The position numbers and the translations under genes were made by a program. DNA of 64,000 nucleotides, taken from an uncultured Acidobacteriota bacterium. GTDB lineage: Bacteria; Acidobacteriota; Blastocatellia; Pyrinomonadales; Pyrinomonadaceae. Of this stretch, positions 1 through 7,491 are shown piece after piece. Numbering within the stretch: position 1 is the stretch's first letter; every line of letters begins with the position of its first letter. The DNA is taken from assembly GCA_963750925.1 (NCBI GenBank), contig CAVVSJ010000004.1:893946-957945 (forward strand), written 5' to 3'. A model generated the notes under the pieces. The model was not told the DNA's origin. It was given only the letters and a program-made list of their open reading frames with translations, and ran no database searches.

Positions 1-74
1 CTGTTCGCGACAAACGCGGTCGCCGCGTAAACAAACAAAACCAAAGCCGTCACCTGGAACATCACTTTTTTCAT
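1..74 (-). CDS. 5' end of a leftward gene leaving the window; signal-peptide/TM-like N-terminus
   Basis: rc(1-74) reads ATG AAA AAA GTG ATG TTC CAG GTG ACG GCT TTG ..., giving MKKVMFQVTALVLFVYAATAFVAN. GGAGGA (rc of 81-86) lies 6 nt upstream of the ATG at 72-74. It is absent from the ORF track because the window edge truncates it. Confidence 0.45.
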   Translation of the reverse strand, partial: MKKVMFQVTALVLFVYAATAFVAN

Positions 75-156
75 ACTCTCTCCTCCACCTACTAACGCAG
101 GAACTCAATCCAAAACGGCTCAAGATTTATTTGAACCTCAAAAGCTCACTCCTGAT

Positions 157-186
157 TTTTTGTGATTTTTGTGCCTCTTAGTGGCT
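157..186. repeat. solo half copy (right-arm type) of the CACAAAAG palindromic-element family
   Basis: Sequence ttttttgtgatttttgtgcctcttagtggc. It is near-identical to 52741-52766 and to the right arm of the full palindrome at 16191-16220. No complementary arm lies nearby. Confidence 0.6.
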
Positions 187-231
187 AAAATTGGAGTGTG
201 GCGATAGAATTTCGCCCTCCCCGACATTCAA

Positions 232-801
232 ATGGGTCAACCGCAACAAGGTGTCACGCGACTACTCGTAGCATGGGGCGAAGGCGACAAGGCGGCACTC
301 GACGAGCTCATGCCCGTCGTGTACGACGAACTCCGCCGGCTCGCGCAGAACTATCTCAGCCGCGAACGGCCGGGACACACGCTGCAAACGACCGCCCTCG
401 TTCATGAAGCATATCTTCGTCTTGTCGATCAGCGATCGGTGAACTGGCAGAACCGCGCGCAGTTTTTTGGCATCGCGGCGCAGATGATGAGACGCATTCT
501 CATCAATCATGCCCAGAATCGAAACGCACAAAAGCGCCAGGGTTCCGCGACCACGGTTTCACTGGACGACGCCGTCAGTTTTTTTGAAAAACGAGAACTC
601 GATCTGATGGCGCTCGACGAGGCATTGAACGAGCTTGCCAAACTCGACGCGCAACAGACTCAGATTGTCGAGTTGCGTTTCTTCGGCGGACTCACGATCG
701 AAGAAGTCTCGGAAGTGCTCGGCATCTCGCCGGCCACTACCAAGCGCGAGTGGGATTCGGCGAAGTTGTGGTTACGGCGTCAACTCAGCAGCGGGAGGTA
801 G
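232..801 (+). CDS. ECF-type RNA polymerase sigma factor (kinase-associated ECF subfamily, TIGR02999/PF07638-like)
   Basis: 189-aa ORF. Region-2-like LVAWGEGDKAALDELMPVVYDELRRLAQNYLSRERPGHTLQTTALVHEAYLRL. Region-4 HTH LRFFGGLTIEEVSEVLGISPATTKREWDSAKLWL. It is followed directly by a Ser/Thr kinase gene rather than an anti-sigma factor. Confidence 0.9.
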   Translation: MGQPQQGVTRLLVAWGEGDKAALDELMPVVYDELRRLAQNYLSRERPGHTLQTTALVHEAYLRLVDQRSVNWQNRAQFFGIAAQMMRRILINHAQNRNAQKRQGSATTVSLDDAVSFFEKRELDLMALDEALNELAKLDAQQTQIVELRFFGGLTIEEVSEVLGISPATTKREWDSAKLWLRRQLSSGR

Positions 802-832
802 AAACAGCATCACTCCTGAACGTTGGCAACAA

Positions 833-3286
833 GTGAAGTACGTGCTTTCGGAGGCGCTCGAACTCGACACGGAGCGGCAGCAGCAGTTTCTCGCGTCAGC
901 CTGCGCGAACGATGCTGAGTTACGCGCTGAAGTAGACGTGTTGCTGGCCCAGCGAGTCGACGACGGACGCGACGTGATGGAGCAATGCGCCGTCGATGCC
1001 GCGAGCCTGCGGTTGGAACCGCAACGAGCAGCGCGAATCGGCAATCGTATTGGTCCATACAAGATCGTGCGCGAGATCGGTCACGGCGGAATGGGCACCG
1101 TTTATCTGGCCGTGCGCGACGACGAACATTACCAGCAGCAGGTCGCCGTCAAACTGATCAATCCGGGTCTGCGTGGTGAAGCCGTGCGACGCCGTTTTCG
1201 CAACGAGATGCAGGTCCTCGCTGATCTGAATCACGCGAACATTGCGCGACTGTTGGATGGCGGCGAGACACCCGACGGAGTTCCTTACCTGGTAATGGAA
1301 TTTGTTGAAGGTAAGCCTATCAACGTCTATTGCGACGAACAGAAACTCTCCACCGAAGAACGGCTGAAACTTTTTTGCACGGTCTGCGCTGCCGTTCAGT
1401 ATGCGCACCAGCACCTCGTCGTACATCGCGACATAAAGCCGGGCAACATCCTCGTCACCGGCGAAGGATTGCCGAAGCTGGTTGATTTCGGTATCGCGAA
1501 ACTCCTCGACAGCAGTCGTTCCGAAGTCACCGCCACGGCTCTCCCGTTTATGACTCCCGAATACGCGAGTCCGGAACAGGTGCAGGGAGTAGCGGTGACC
1601 ACGGCGACCGACGTGTACTCTCTGGGCGTTGTGCTCTATGTATTATTGAGCGGCCGCTTGCCGTATCGCTTCAAGAGCCGCGTGCCGCACGAGATCGCAA
1701 AGGCAATTTGCGATCAGGAACCGGAACGCCCGAGCGCCGCAATCGTCCACAGCAACGGCTTCAAAACAGAAGACGCGGTTCCGAAACTGCGAAAACGTTT
1801 GCACGCGGATCTCGACAACATCGTGCTGATGTCGATGCGCAAGGAACCGCAACGCCGGTACGCCACGCCGGAACAGCTCGCGGAAGATATTGGCCGTCAC
1901 TTGAGCGGGCTTCCGGTTCGCGCGCGTCAGGATACGTTTACATATCGCGCCGGCAAGTTTATTCGCAGACAGAAAGTCGCCGTGACGGCCGCGGCGCTGG
2001 TTGCAGTGTCGTTGCTGGTTGGAATTGTAGCGACGGCGTGGCAGGCGAGAGTCGCGCGTGTGGAACGAGCACAGTCTGAAAGACGCTTCAACGAAGTCAG
2101 GCAACTCGCAAACTCATTCGTATTTGAAGTTCACGATTCGATCGTGAACCTGCCGGGGTCGACCCCGGCTCGCTCGTTAATTGTGCAGAGAGGATTGAGT
2201 TATCTCGACAGTCTCGCGCAGGATGCCGGTGGCGATCTCGGGTTGCAACGTGAACTTGCTGCTGCTTACGAAAAGCTCGGCGCGGTGCAGTACACGCCTT
2301 CCGTGGCGCATCTCGGCGATTTGGAAAGCGCGTTGCAGAGTCATCGAAAAGCCGCGGCGCTGCGTGAAGCCCTCGTTGCGGCAGATCCGAACAATCGCGA
2401 TTACCGTCGCGAGTTGCTGGATAGTTACTGGTTTATCGCAACACTGCTCGGCGCGCAGGGCGACATGCAGCGTGAACTTGAAATGTTGCGACAGCAACTC
2501 TCGTCCCGCCAGGAGTTAGCCGCAGCGGAGAAAAACGATTTTCTCGATCGTTACAATCTGGCCGGCACTTACGGCTACATCGGCAGCATCCTGATGGCCA
2601 TGGGCGACACAAAAGGCGCACTCGAGAATCAGCAGGAGGCGCTTATGATACGCGAACAACTCGCCGCCGCCGATCCAATTGCAACTCGTTCGCAACGTGC
2701 TCTGTCGATCTCGTATGAGTATCTCGGTCTTGCGATTGATCGCGCTGGAGATACAAAGGCCGCGCTCGAGTGGCAACGTCGTGGACTGGAGACGCGCGAG
2801 TCTCTGGTGGCTGCCGATCCTTTGAACACGGATCTGCGTCTGATGTTGATCGAGAGTTACCGTTTCATAGGCGACATGCATTTGAAACTGGGTGACGTCG
2901 AGGAAGCGTCGCGGTATTACGCAAAACAGTTGGCGTTGAATGAAGAGATGGTTGCGGCCGATCCTGCGAACGCTCAGTTTCGCAGCAACAAGGCGGTCGC
3001 GTTAATTAAATCCGCCGATATCAAGTTGCGTTCGGGAAAGACGGCGGAAGCGCTCGCGTACTATAACGAGGCGTTACGTATTCGCGAGCAGTTGAACGCC
3101 GCTTCTGAACAGGACACGCATGCCCGTCGAGAGTTGGCTGAGATCCGGATCAAACTCGGCGACGCATTGGAACAAAACGGCGCGAGATCGCAGGCACGCG
3201 AGAACTATCAGAAGGCACAGCGGACACTCGAATGCGTTGGCGATCGCGATTCCCGCGCACGCCGGCATTCGCAAAATGTTGGCTGA
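833..3286 (+). CDS. Ser/Thr protein kinase with one TM helix and a C-terminal TPR-repeat domain
   Basis: Hanks motifs are present: GHGGMGTVYLA, VAVKLI, HRDIKPGNIL, DFGIAK, TPEYASPEQ. TM segment VAVTAAALVAVSLLVGIVATAW is followed by ~400 aa of TPR-like repeats. The longest ORF starts at TTG 635 but overlaps the sigma gene by 167 nt. The conserved ITPERWQQV starts at 809, and the first canonical in-frame start after the sigma stop is GTG 833. The start is uncertain; the stop is firm. Confidence 0.85.
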   Translation: MKYVLSEALELDTERQQQFLASACANDAELRAEVDVLLAQRVDDGRDVMEQCAVDAASLRLEPQRAARIGNRIGPYKIVREIGHGGMGTVYLAVRDDEHYQQQVAVKLINPGLRGEAVRRRFRNEMQVLADLNHANIARLLDGGETPDGVPYLVMEFVEGKPINVYCDEQKLSTEERLKLFCTVCAAVQYAHQHLVVHRDIKPGNILVTGEGLPKLVDFGIAKLLDSSRSEVTATALPFMTPEYASPEQVQGVAVTTATDVYSLGVVLYVLLSGRLPYRFKSRVPHEIAKAICDQEPERPSAAIVHSNGFKTEDAVPKLRKRLHADLDNIVLMSMRKEPQRRYATPEQLAEDIGRHLSGLPVRARQDTFTYRAGKFIRRQKVAVTAAALVAVSLLVGIVATAWQARVARVERAQSERRFNEVRQLANSFVFEVHDSIVNLPGSTPARSLIVQRGLSYLDSLAQDAGGDLGLQRELAAAYEKLGAVQYTPSVAHLGDLESALQSHRKAAALREALVAADPNNRDYRRELLDSYWFIATLLGAQGDMQRELEMLRQQLSSRQELAAAEKNDFLDRYNLAGTYGYIGSILMAMGDTKGALENQQEALMIREQLAAADPIATRSQRALSISYEYLGLAIDRAGDTKAALEWQRRGLETRESLVAADPLNTDLRLMLIESYRFIGDMHLKLGDVEEASRYYAKQLALNEEMVAADPANAQFRSNKAVALIKSADIKLRSGKTAEALAYYNEALRIREQLNAASEQDTHARRELAEIRIKLGDALEQNGARSQARENYQKAQRTLECVGDRDSRARRHSQNVG

Positions 3287-3319
3287 CGTACGTCTCAAGC
3301 TCACAAAGATCTCACCGCG

Positions 3320-4030
3320 TTAACTTTTCGCGCTCTCACGTTCCAGAACAATATCAAACACGCCGGTCTGAAAAGTTTTGCCGTTTACGGTGTGGTCCTG
3401 AACCGCAATCGCGTTTTCGGCGCGAAACATCGGGTCATTCTTTTTCGCGTCGCCCTGAAAGTGAATCTCGGTCACGAGCGGCTGGTAGCCGGGACAAATG
3501 ACGGCGAGATGATAGTGTGCGCAACGCCAGAAATCAGGCGAGCCGGTTGGATCCGGACGATATGGAATGGGACGAATACTTTCCAACTCGTATTGACCGG
3601 TTTCGGAAGACACGAGGCGGCCTCGATTGCGAAAATCCGTGGTGCCGTTTGAATATTTCTCCTGCATATCGACGTGCCAGAAATCCAGCACCGCGCCGGG
3701 AAGAGGACGCCTGGTGTCGTAGGCCCACACGCGGCCGGAGAGTACGAACGTAGTTCCCGGTTCACCCAGCAAACTGAGCTTGCCCCGGAAGGGCGCGCCC
3801 GCTCTGTAGAATGGTCCATAAGGCTGCGGTGTTATCTTCTTCAAGTCACGTGGCGCCGCCGTGGCCTCCTTCTGCATTGGTCCCAACTGGATGAGAACCT
3901 GATCAGACTTGTCACGACTGACTTGCTGAGTCGGCATTGCGTCGGAATTTAAGACAAGTCCTGAGACTCCAATCGTGGCGAGACCCATGACGGAATGCTG
4001 GAGGAACGTTCGTCGCGTTGAATCAGTCAT
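3320..4030 (-). CDS. Tat-exported intradiol ring-cleavage dioxygenase-like protein
   Basis: 236 aa. Twin-arginine signal MTDSTRRTFLQHSVMGLATIGVSG. Core CAHYHLAVICPGYQPLVTEIHFQGDAKKNDP resembles the aHiHf...Tq.yF.gD signature of the PF00775 dioxygenase family (from memory). Confidence 0.65.
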   Translation of the reverse strand: MTDSTRRTFLQHSVMGLATIGVSGLVLNSDAMPTQQVSRDKSDQVLIQLGPMQKEATAAPRDLKKITPQPYGPFYRAGAPFRGKLSLLGEPGTTFVLSGRVWAYDTRRPLPGAVLDFWHVDMQEKYSNGTTDFRNRGRLVSSETGQYELESIRPIPYRPDPTGSPDFWRCAHYHLAVICPGYQPLVTEIHFQGDAKKNDPMFRAENAIAVQDHTVNGKTFQTGVFDIVLERESAKS

Positions 4031-4167
4031 TTTTGTTCACCCTTCCGAAAATTTATCTGTCAGACTAGAAACACCGTTGGCGCCCGGTTTGTGCGTGGAG
4101 ATGTGACGAATCGGCCCTGGCGTGTGACAAGACGGCGTGCGGTCACGTCGAGCCATGGTCCATGCTA

Positions 4168-4229
4168 TGGAGTGCGGTGACTTGTCACCGCTTTGGCCCA
4201 AAGCGCCGCCAAGGCGGCGCACTCCAAAG
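4168..4229. repeat. GGAGTGCGG-type compound palindrome (family 2), copy 1
   Basis: tggagtgcg-gtgacttgtcac-cgctttgg cc caaagcg-ccgccaaggcgg-cgcactccaaa. The outer segments are mutually complementary. Each arm also carries its own small hairpin (gtgac-tt-gtcac; ccgcc-aa-ggcgg). Related to 49727-49810. Confidence 0.7.
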
Positions 4230-4514
4230 GCGGCTTGGCTCCATCTCTCCACGTGGATTTCCATATAGGTAAGTGCGAAGTTTCACCACTTTTTGCCGCT
4301 GCATTTCCTTGGATTTTTAAACAGTTTTACGTAGTTAAGGGAGAAGAAAAATAGTCGGGTAGAACCTCACCAAGATTGTTGACAACGGACATCAAAAAAG
4401 TCGATACTCCGCAAGCGCTCCTCACTGAGGTTGTTCTTCCAAATAGGCTCCCATTGCGCCCAGTACTCATGCCCAGGTCAACAGAAACTCCCCGTTGCAA
4501 CAGTAGGGTGAGCC

Positions 4515-5228
4515 ATGATTGGGGCGACAAAGCAAATCGCTATTGGCAACAGAATTCTTGGGGCGCTTCCTCATGAGGCCATCGCGCGTCTCATGCCCAA
4601 CATGGCCGTCGTCTCTATGGAAAGAGGCGAAGTCGTTTACATGGCCAAAGATAGAATCCGTTACGCCTATTTTCCCATAACCGGTTTGCTCTCTTTACGT
4701 TCGTCAACCACCGACGGCTCGACCATCGAGGTTGCGATGGTTGGGAACGAAGGCCTCGTCGGCCTTCCAGTGATCCTGAAACAGGATCTAATCCCTCATG
4801 AGATCGTCGTACAGATCAAGACCGATGCTTACAAGATCAAAGCGGAAGATCTGCAGGAAGAATTCGATCGCGGCGAAGCTCTTCAGGAGTTGATGTTGCG
4901 TTATCTTAATGTGCTCATTGCGGAAATCTCGCAGTCGTCGCTCTGTCATCGATTTCACACTCTCGAAAAATCTTTTAGCCGCTGGTTGTTGCTCGTTCAG
5001 GATCGCCTGAATACTGACCATCTGAATCTCACGCAGGAGACCATAGCTCATGCGCTTGGAGTTCCGCGTACAGGTGTTACCAAGGCTGCGGGTTCTCTAC
5101 AGAGCGCAGGTTTCATACGTTATTCTCGCGGTAAGATTGCAATTCTAAATCGGCAGGGACTCGAAGCGAACTCGTGCGAATGTTTTCGCCCGATGCATGA
5201 TGAGCTTAACCACTTTTTAAGAGAATAG
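4515..5228 (+). CDS. Crp/Fnr-family transcriptional regulator (cNMP-binding domain + C-terminal HTH)
   Basis: 237 aa. Beta-roll region MERGEVVYMAKDRIRYAYFPITGLLSL...VAMVGNEGLVG. HTH LTQETIAHALGVPRTGVTKAAGSLQSAGFIRYSRGKIAILNRQGLE. Confidence 0.85.
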   Translation: MIGATKQIAIGNRILGALPHEAIARLMPNMAVVSMERGEVVYMAKDRIRYAYFPITGLLSLRSSTTDGSTIEVAMVGNEGLVGLPVILKQDLIPHEIVVQIKTDAYKIKAEDLQEEFDRGEALQELMLRYLNVLIAEISQSSLCHRFHTLEKSFSRWLLLVQDRLNTDHLNLTQETIAHALGVPRTGVTKAAGSLQSAGFIRYSRGKIAILNRQGLEANSCECFRPMHDELNHFLRE

Positions 5229-5595
5229 TTTTCAGAAGATCTATTCTCCGGCAAATGAGATTTCGATCCAAAAAGTGAGAGTTGGTCTAGTAACAGACGG
5301 TCTGCATCCAGACAGACAGCAGAGTTTTTCTCAGTTACAAATACGTCGCTCTGAACTTATCGGATGGTTCCACCCCCCACGGACCCAGTGTCCGGCCTCC
5401 CAATAGTCCAAGCAGTAAACTCGACGTAGCAATAGAGAATAATGTTCTGTTTTCGCCTGACGGACACGGTGTCTCTGGGATTGCTCCCGCACGAAGTGGG
5501 TTTTCACCGACCCTACTCACTTAGTCTCCGTTTGTCGTCATCACAAATCAGAACAAGTCGAAAGATGTAGTCGCGTGGGAAGGAGGCCCCCAGCC

Positions 5596-6126
5596 TTGAT
5601 TATTGAAAACTCAAACTCTGATCAACCAACATGGTTTGCGATTTGTACCAACCCCAAACAGGAAGATCGCGCAGCTAGCAATCTCCAAGCGTGGGGCGTG
5701 GAATGTTTCAATCCAAAAGTGAAGGAATGTCGTCGCAACGAATTTACAGGCAGAGCTACGCTTATACCTAAACCTCTGTTTCCGAGATACATATTCTCGC
5801 GCTTTAGTTTAAGCAGCTCGCTCCACAAAATTAGTTTTACGCGCGGTGTTCATCGAATCGTGAGCTTCGACGACAAGCCAACTCCAATCGACGACGACGT
5901 GATCGCTTTGTTACAGGCCCGCGTGGATGATGACGGTTTTCTGAAACTCGGAGAGCCGCTTAAGCCTGGCGACAAAGTGAGAGTGAAAGATGGTCCATGG
6001 CAGACTCTCGTCGGCGTAGTTGAACGTGATATGAAGGCAGATGAGAGAATTATGATTCTGTTGGATACCATCAAGTTTCAGAGTCGCTTGACGATCGAAA
6101 GAGATCGCGTGGAAAAGATCAGTTAA
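5596..6126 (+). CDS. NusG-family specialised paralog (RfaH/LoaP/TaA-like), NGN + KOW domains
   Basis: NGN-like WFAICTNPKQEDRAASNLQAWGVECFNPKV...PLFPRYIFSRF...TRGVHRIVSF. KOW-like LKPGDKVRVKDGPWQTLVGVVERDM. The ORF track starts at GTG 5575. The in-frame TTG 5596 has AGGAGG (5581-5586) 9 nt upstream, so I prefer it. Confidence 0.8.
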   Translation: MIIENSNSDQPTWFAICTNPKQEDRAASNLQAWGVECFNPKVKECRRNEFTGRATLIPKPLFPRYIFSRFSLSSSLHKISFTRGVHRIVSFDDKPTPIDDDVIALLQARVDDDGFLKLGEPLKPGDKVRVKDGPWQTLVGVVERDMKADERIMILLDTIKFQSRLTIERDRVEKIS

Positions 6127-6156
6127 CGAAAAAAGGTTCGCCTTACACTGCACGAA

Positions 6157-6314
6157 ATGGGCCCGGCATCCTCGACCAGGGCCCATAATGGGTGAACGTA
6201 CGTCAAATCCCCCGAGGCCTTGCGTCTCGAGGGTGTAGCACGCTCTACGCACGTTCACCATCACCAAATAGTCTGCTGAGACTTTGCCTGTTGGCGCAAA
6301 GTGCGGTAGCTCTG
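6157..6314 (+). promoter_or_regulatory. structured 5' leader of the NRPS operon with an ops-like TGCGGTAGC motif
   Basis: Four stems are visible. (1) atgggccc 6157-6164 pairs with gggcccat 6179-6186. (2) ggtgaacgt 6191-6199 pairs with acgttcacc 6251-6259. (3) That stem encloses a small cgag/ctcg stem. (4) actttgc 6281-6287 pairs with gcaaagt 6296-6302. Then gTGCGGTAGCtctg (6301-6314) matches 7 of 8 bases of the enterobacterial ops core GGCGGTAG, 26 nt before the ATG at 6340. Confidence 0.4.
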
Positions 6315-6339
6315 CCCATTTCACGACCGCACACAAACG

Positions 6340-7491
6340 ATGCGGCCGGCACTGAGCTCTGAGTTGATGAATATAACCGCGGCGACACTCGTCGACCTGC
6401 TTCAATGGCGCGCTCAACGTCATCCGGAGCGAGTAGCCTACACGTTCCTCTCCGATGGACCAGGGGAAGAACTCACCTTTGGGGCACTCGACGGACAAGC
6501 GCGTGCGACCGGTGCATGGTTGCAGTCGCTGACTTCGCCTGGCGATCGTGTGCTCGTGCTCTATCCGCCCGGGCTTGAATACATCACCGTATTCTTCGGC
6601 TGTCTCTATGCGGGCGTAATCGCCGTACCTGCCTACCCTCCTCGACACAATCGCAACCTGCTGCGTTTGCAGTCTCTCATCGACGACGCGCAACCCGCAG
6701 TGGCGTTGACCACACCGTCGATACTTTCAAGAGTCACAGCTTCATTCGCAGGAAATCCCGGCCTGGCAAAACTTCGCTGGCTTACTGCCGGCAAGCACGC
6801 GCATAGCGATTGCTGGGCGCCACCTGCGATCACGAGCGCTGATCTTGCATTCCTCCAATACACGTCCGGCTCGACCTCCGCGCCCAAGGGCGTGATGCTG
6901 ACTCACGGCAATCTCCTGCACAACGATCGTCTGTTGCAAAAAGCTTTTGGCCAGACGGAGCAATCGATCATCGCCGGTTGGTTGCCGCTCTACCACGACA
7001 TGGGGCTGATCGGCATAGTGCTTCATTCACTTTCGGTCGGCGCGCGCTGCATCCTGATGTCGCCAATGACGTTTTTGCAGCAGCCGTTTCGCTGGTTACA
7101 GACAATCTCCGAGTACCGAGCGACGACGAGTGGTGGTCCAAACTTCTCTTACGAACTCTGCGTGCGCAAGATTACGGACGAACAGCGAGCAACTCTCGAT
7201 CTGACTCCTGGAACGTTGCCTTCAACGGCGCCGAACCAGTCAGAGCGGAGACGATTGATCGCTTCGCAAAAACTTTTGCGCCGTGCGGCTTCCGCCGCGA
7301 AGCCTTTCGCCCTTGTTACGGACTCGCGGAGGCGACGTTGCTCGTCTCCGCGCGCGAACACTCCAACCGTCAACAGACACCGCCTCTCGTCAAAGAAGTT
7401 TCTAAAAAAGCTCTGGAGCAAAATCGGATTGTCGAGGCGACGAACGAAGAGTTTGAAACACGCAAAGCCGTCGGCTGCGGCAATGCTTTGA
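6340..7491 (+). CDS. fatty acyl-AMP ligase (FAAL) domain, N-terminal part; reading frame lost near 7201-7206
   Basis: Adenylate-forming motifs YPPGLEYITVFFGCLYAGVIAVPAYPP and LQYTSGSTSAPKGVMLTHGNLL. Sense is lost after ...DEQRATLDL (about aa 288). The domain continues in the +2 frame as SWNVAFNGAEPVR... in ORF 6978-16139. Confidence 0.8.
   Translation: MRPALSSELMNITAATLVDLLQWRAQRHPERVAYTFLSDGPGEELTFGALDGQARATGAWLQSLTSPGDRVLVLYPPGLEYITVFFGCLYAGVIAVPAYPPRHNRNLLRLQSLIDDAQPAVALTTPSILSRVTASFAGNPGLAKLRWLTAGKHAHSDCWAPPAITSADLAFLQYTSGSTSAPKGVMLTHGNLLHNDRLLQKAFGQTEQSIIAGWLPLYHDMGLIGIVLHSLSVGARCILMSPMTFLQQPFRWLQTISEYRATTSGGPNFSYELCVRKITDEQRATLDLTPGTLPSTAPNQSERRRLIASQKLLRRAASAAKPFALVTDSRRRRCSSPRANTPTVNRHRLSSKKFLKKLWSKIGLSRRRTKSLKHAKPSAAAML

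Noticed and set aside
100-130. GGAAC at 100-104 as an ECF-type -35 box for autoregulation of the sigma gene.
   Set aside because: No convincing -10 (CGT-like) element lies at the expected 16-17-nt spacing, and the site is ~128 nt from the start codon. A single 5-mer is not evidence.
635-832. N-terminal extensions offered by the longest-ORF track: 635 for the kinase, 18184 for NRPS 2, 29276 for NRPS 3, 44111, 50519, 52744 and 63027.
   Set aside because: Each extension overlaps the upstream gene or a palindrome, or precedes a clean signal peptide or TM start. Most begin at TTG or GTG. Internal starts with better context were chosen, but the true starts remain unverified.
4037-4264. Small ORFs that read through repeat elements: 4037-4264 minus, 16013-16243 plus, 45190-45372 plus, 49598-49804 minus, 50897-51196 plus.
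   Set aside because: Their only distinctive segments are translations of the palindromes or MITE-like hairpins, and 50897-51196 even runs into the tRNA gene. The nucleotide-level symmetry explains them better than coding does.
5229-5574. 346-nt non-coding gap before the NusG paralog as a riboswitch or sRNA. Features noticed: a hairpin gagaatag-N12-ctattctc over the crp stop; cccagtgtccg at 5384-5394 complementary to cggacac/ctggg at 5461-5479; GGTGAAAACCC on the minus strand, faintly cobalamin-like.
   Set aside because: I could not match the full consensus of any riboswitch class I know. The minus-strand orientation has no downstream gene to regulate, and the complementarities are short. Worth an Rfam scan, but not supportable from reading alone.
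5911-6693. 260-aa minus-strand ORF spanning the NusG-paralog 3' end, the leader and the FAAL 5' end.
   Set aside because: It overlaps two well-supported plus-strand genes and the structured leader. Its sequence has no recognisable domain. I treat it as spurious.
7195-7210. Programmed ribosomal frameshift in the FAAL domain.
   Set aside because: There is no slippery X-XXY-YYZ heptamer, homopolymer or downstream pseudoknot-like structure at the site. A mutation or consensus error is the simpler explanation.
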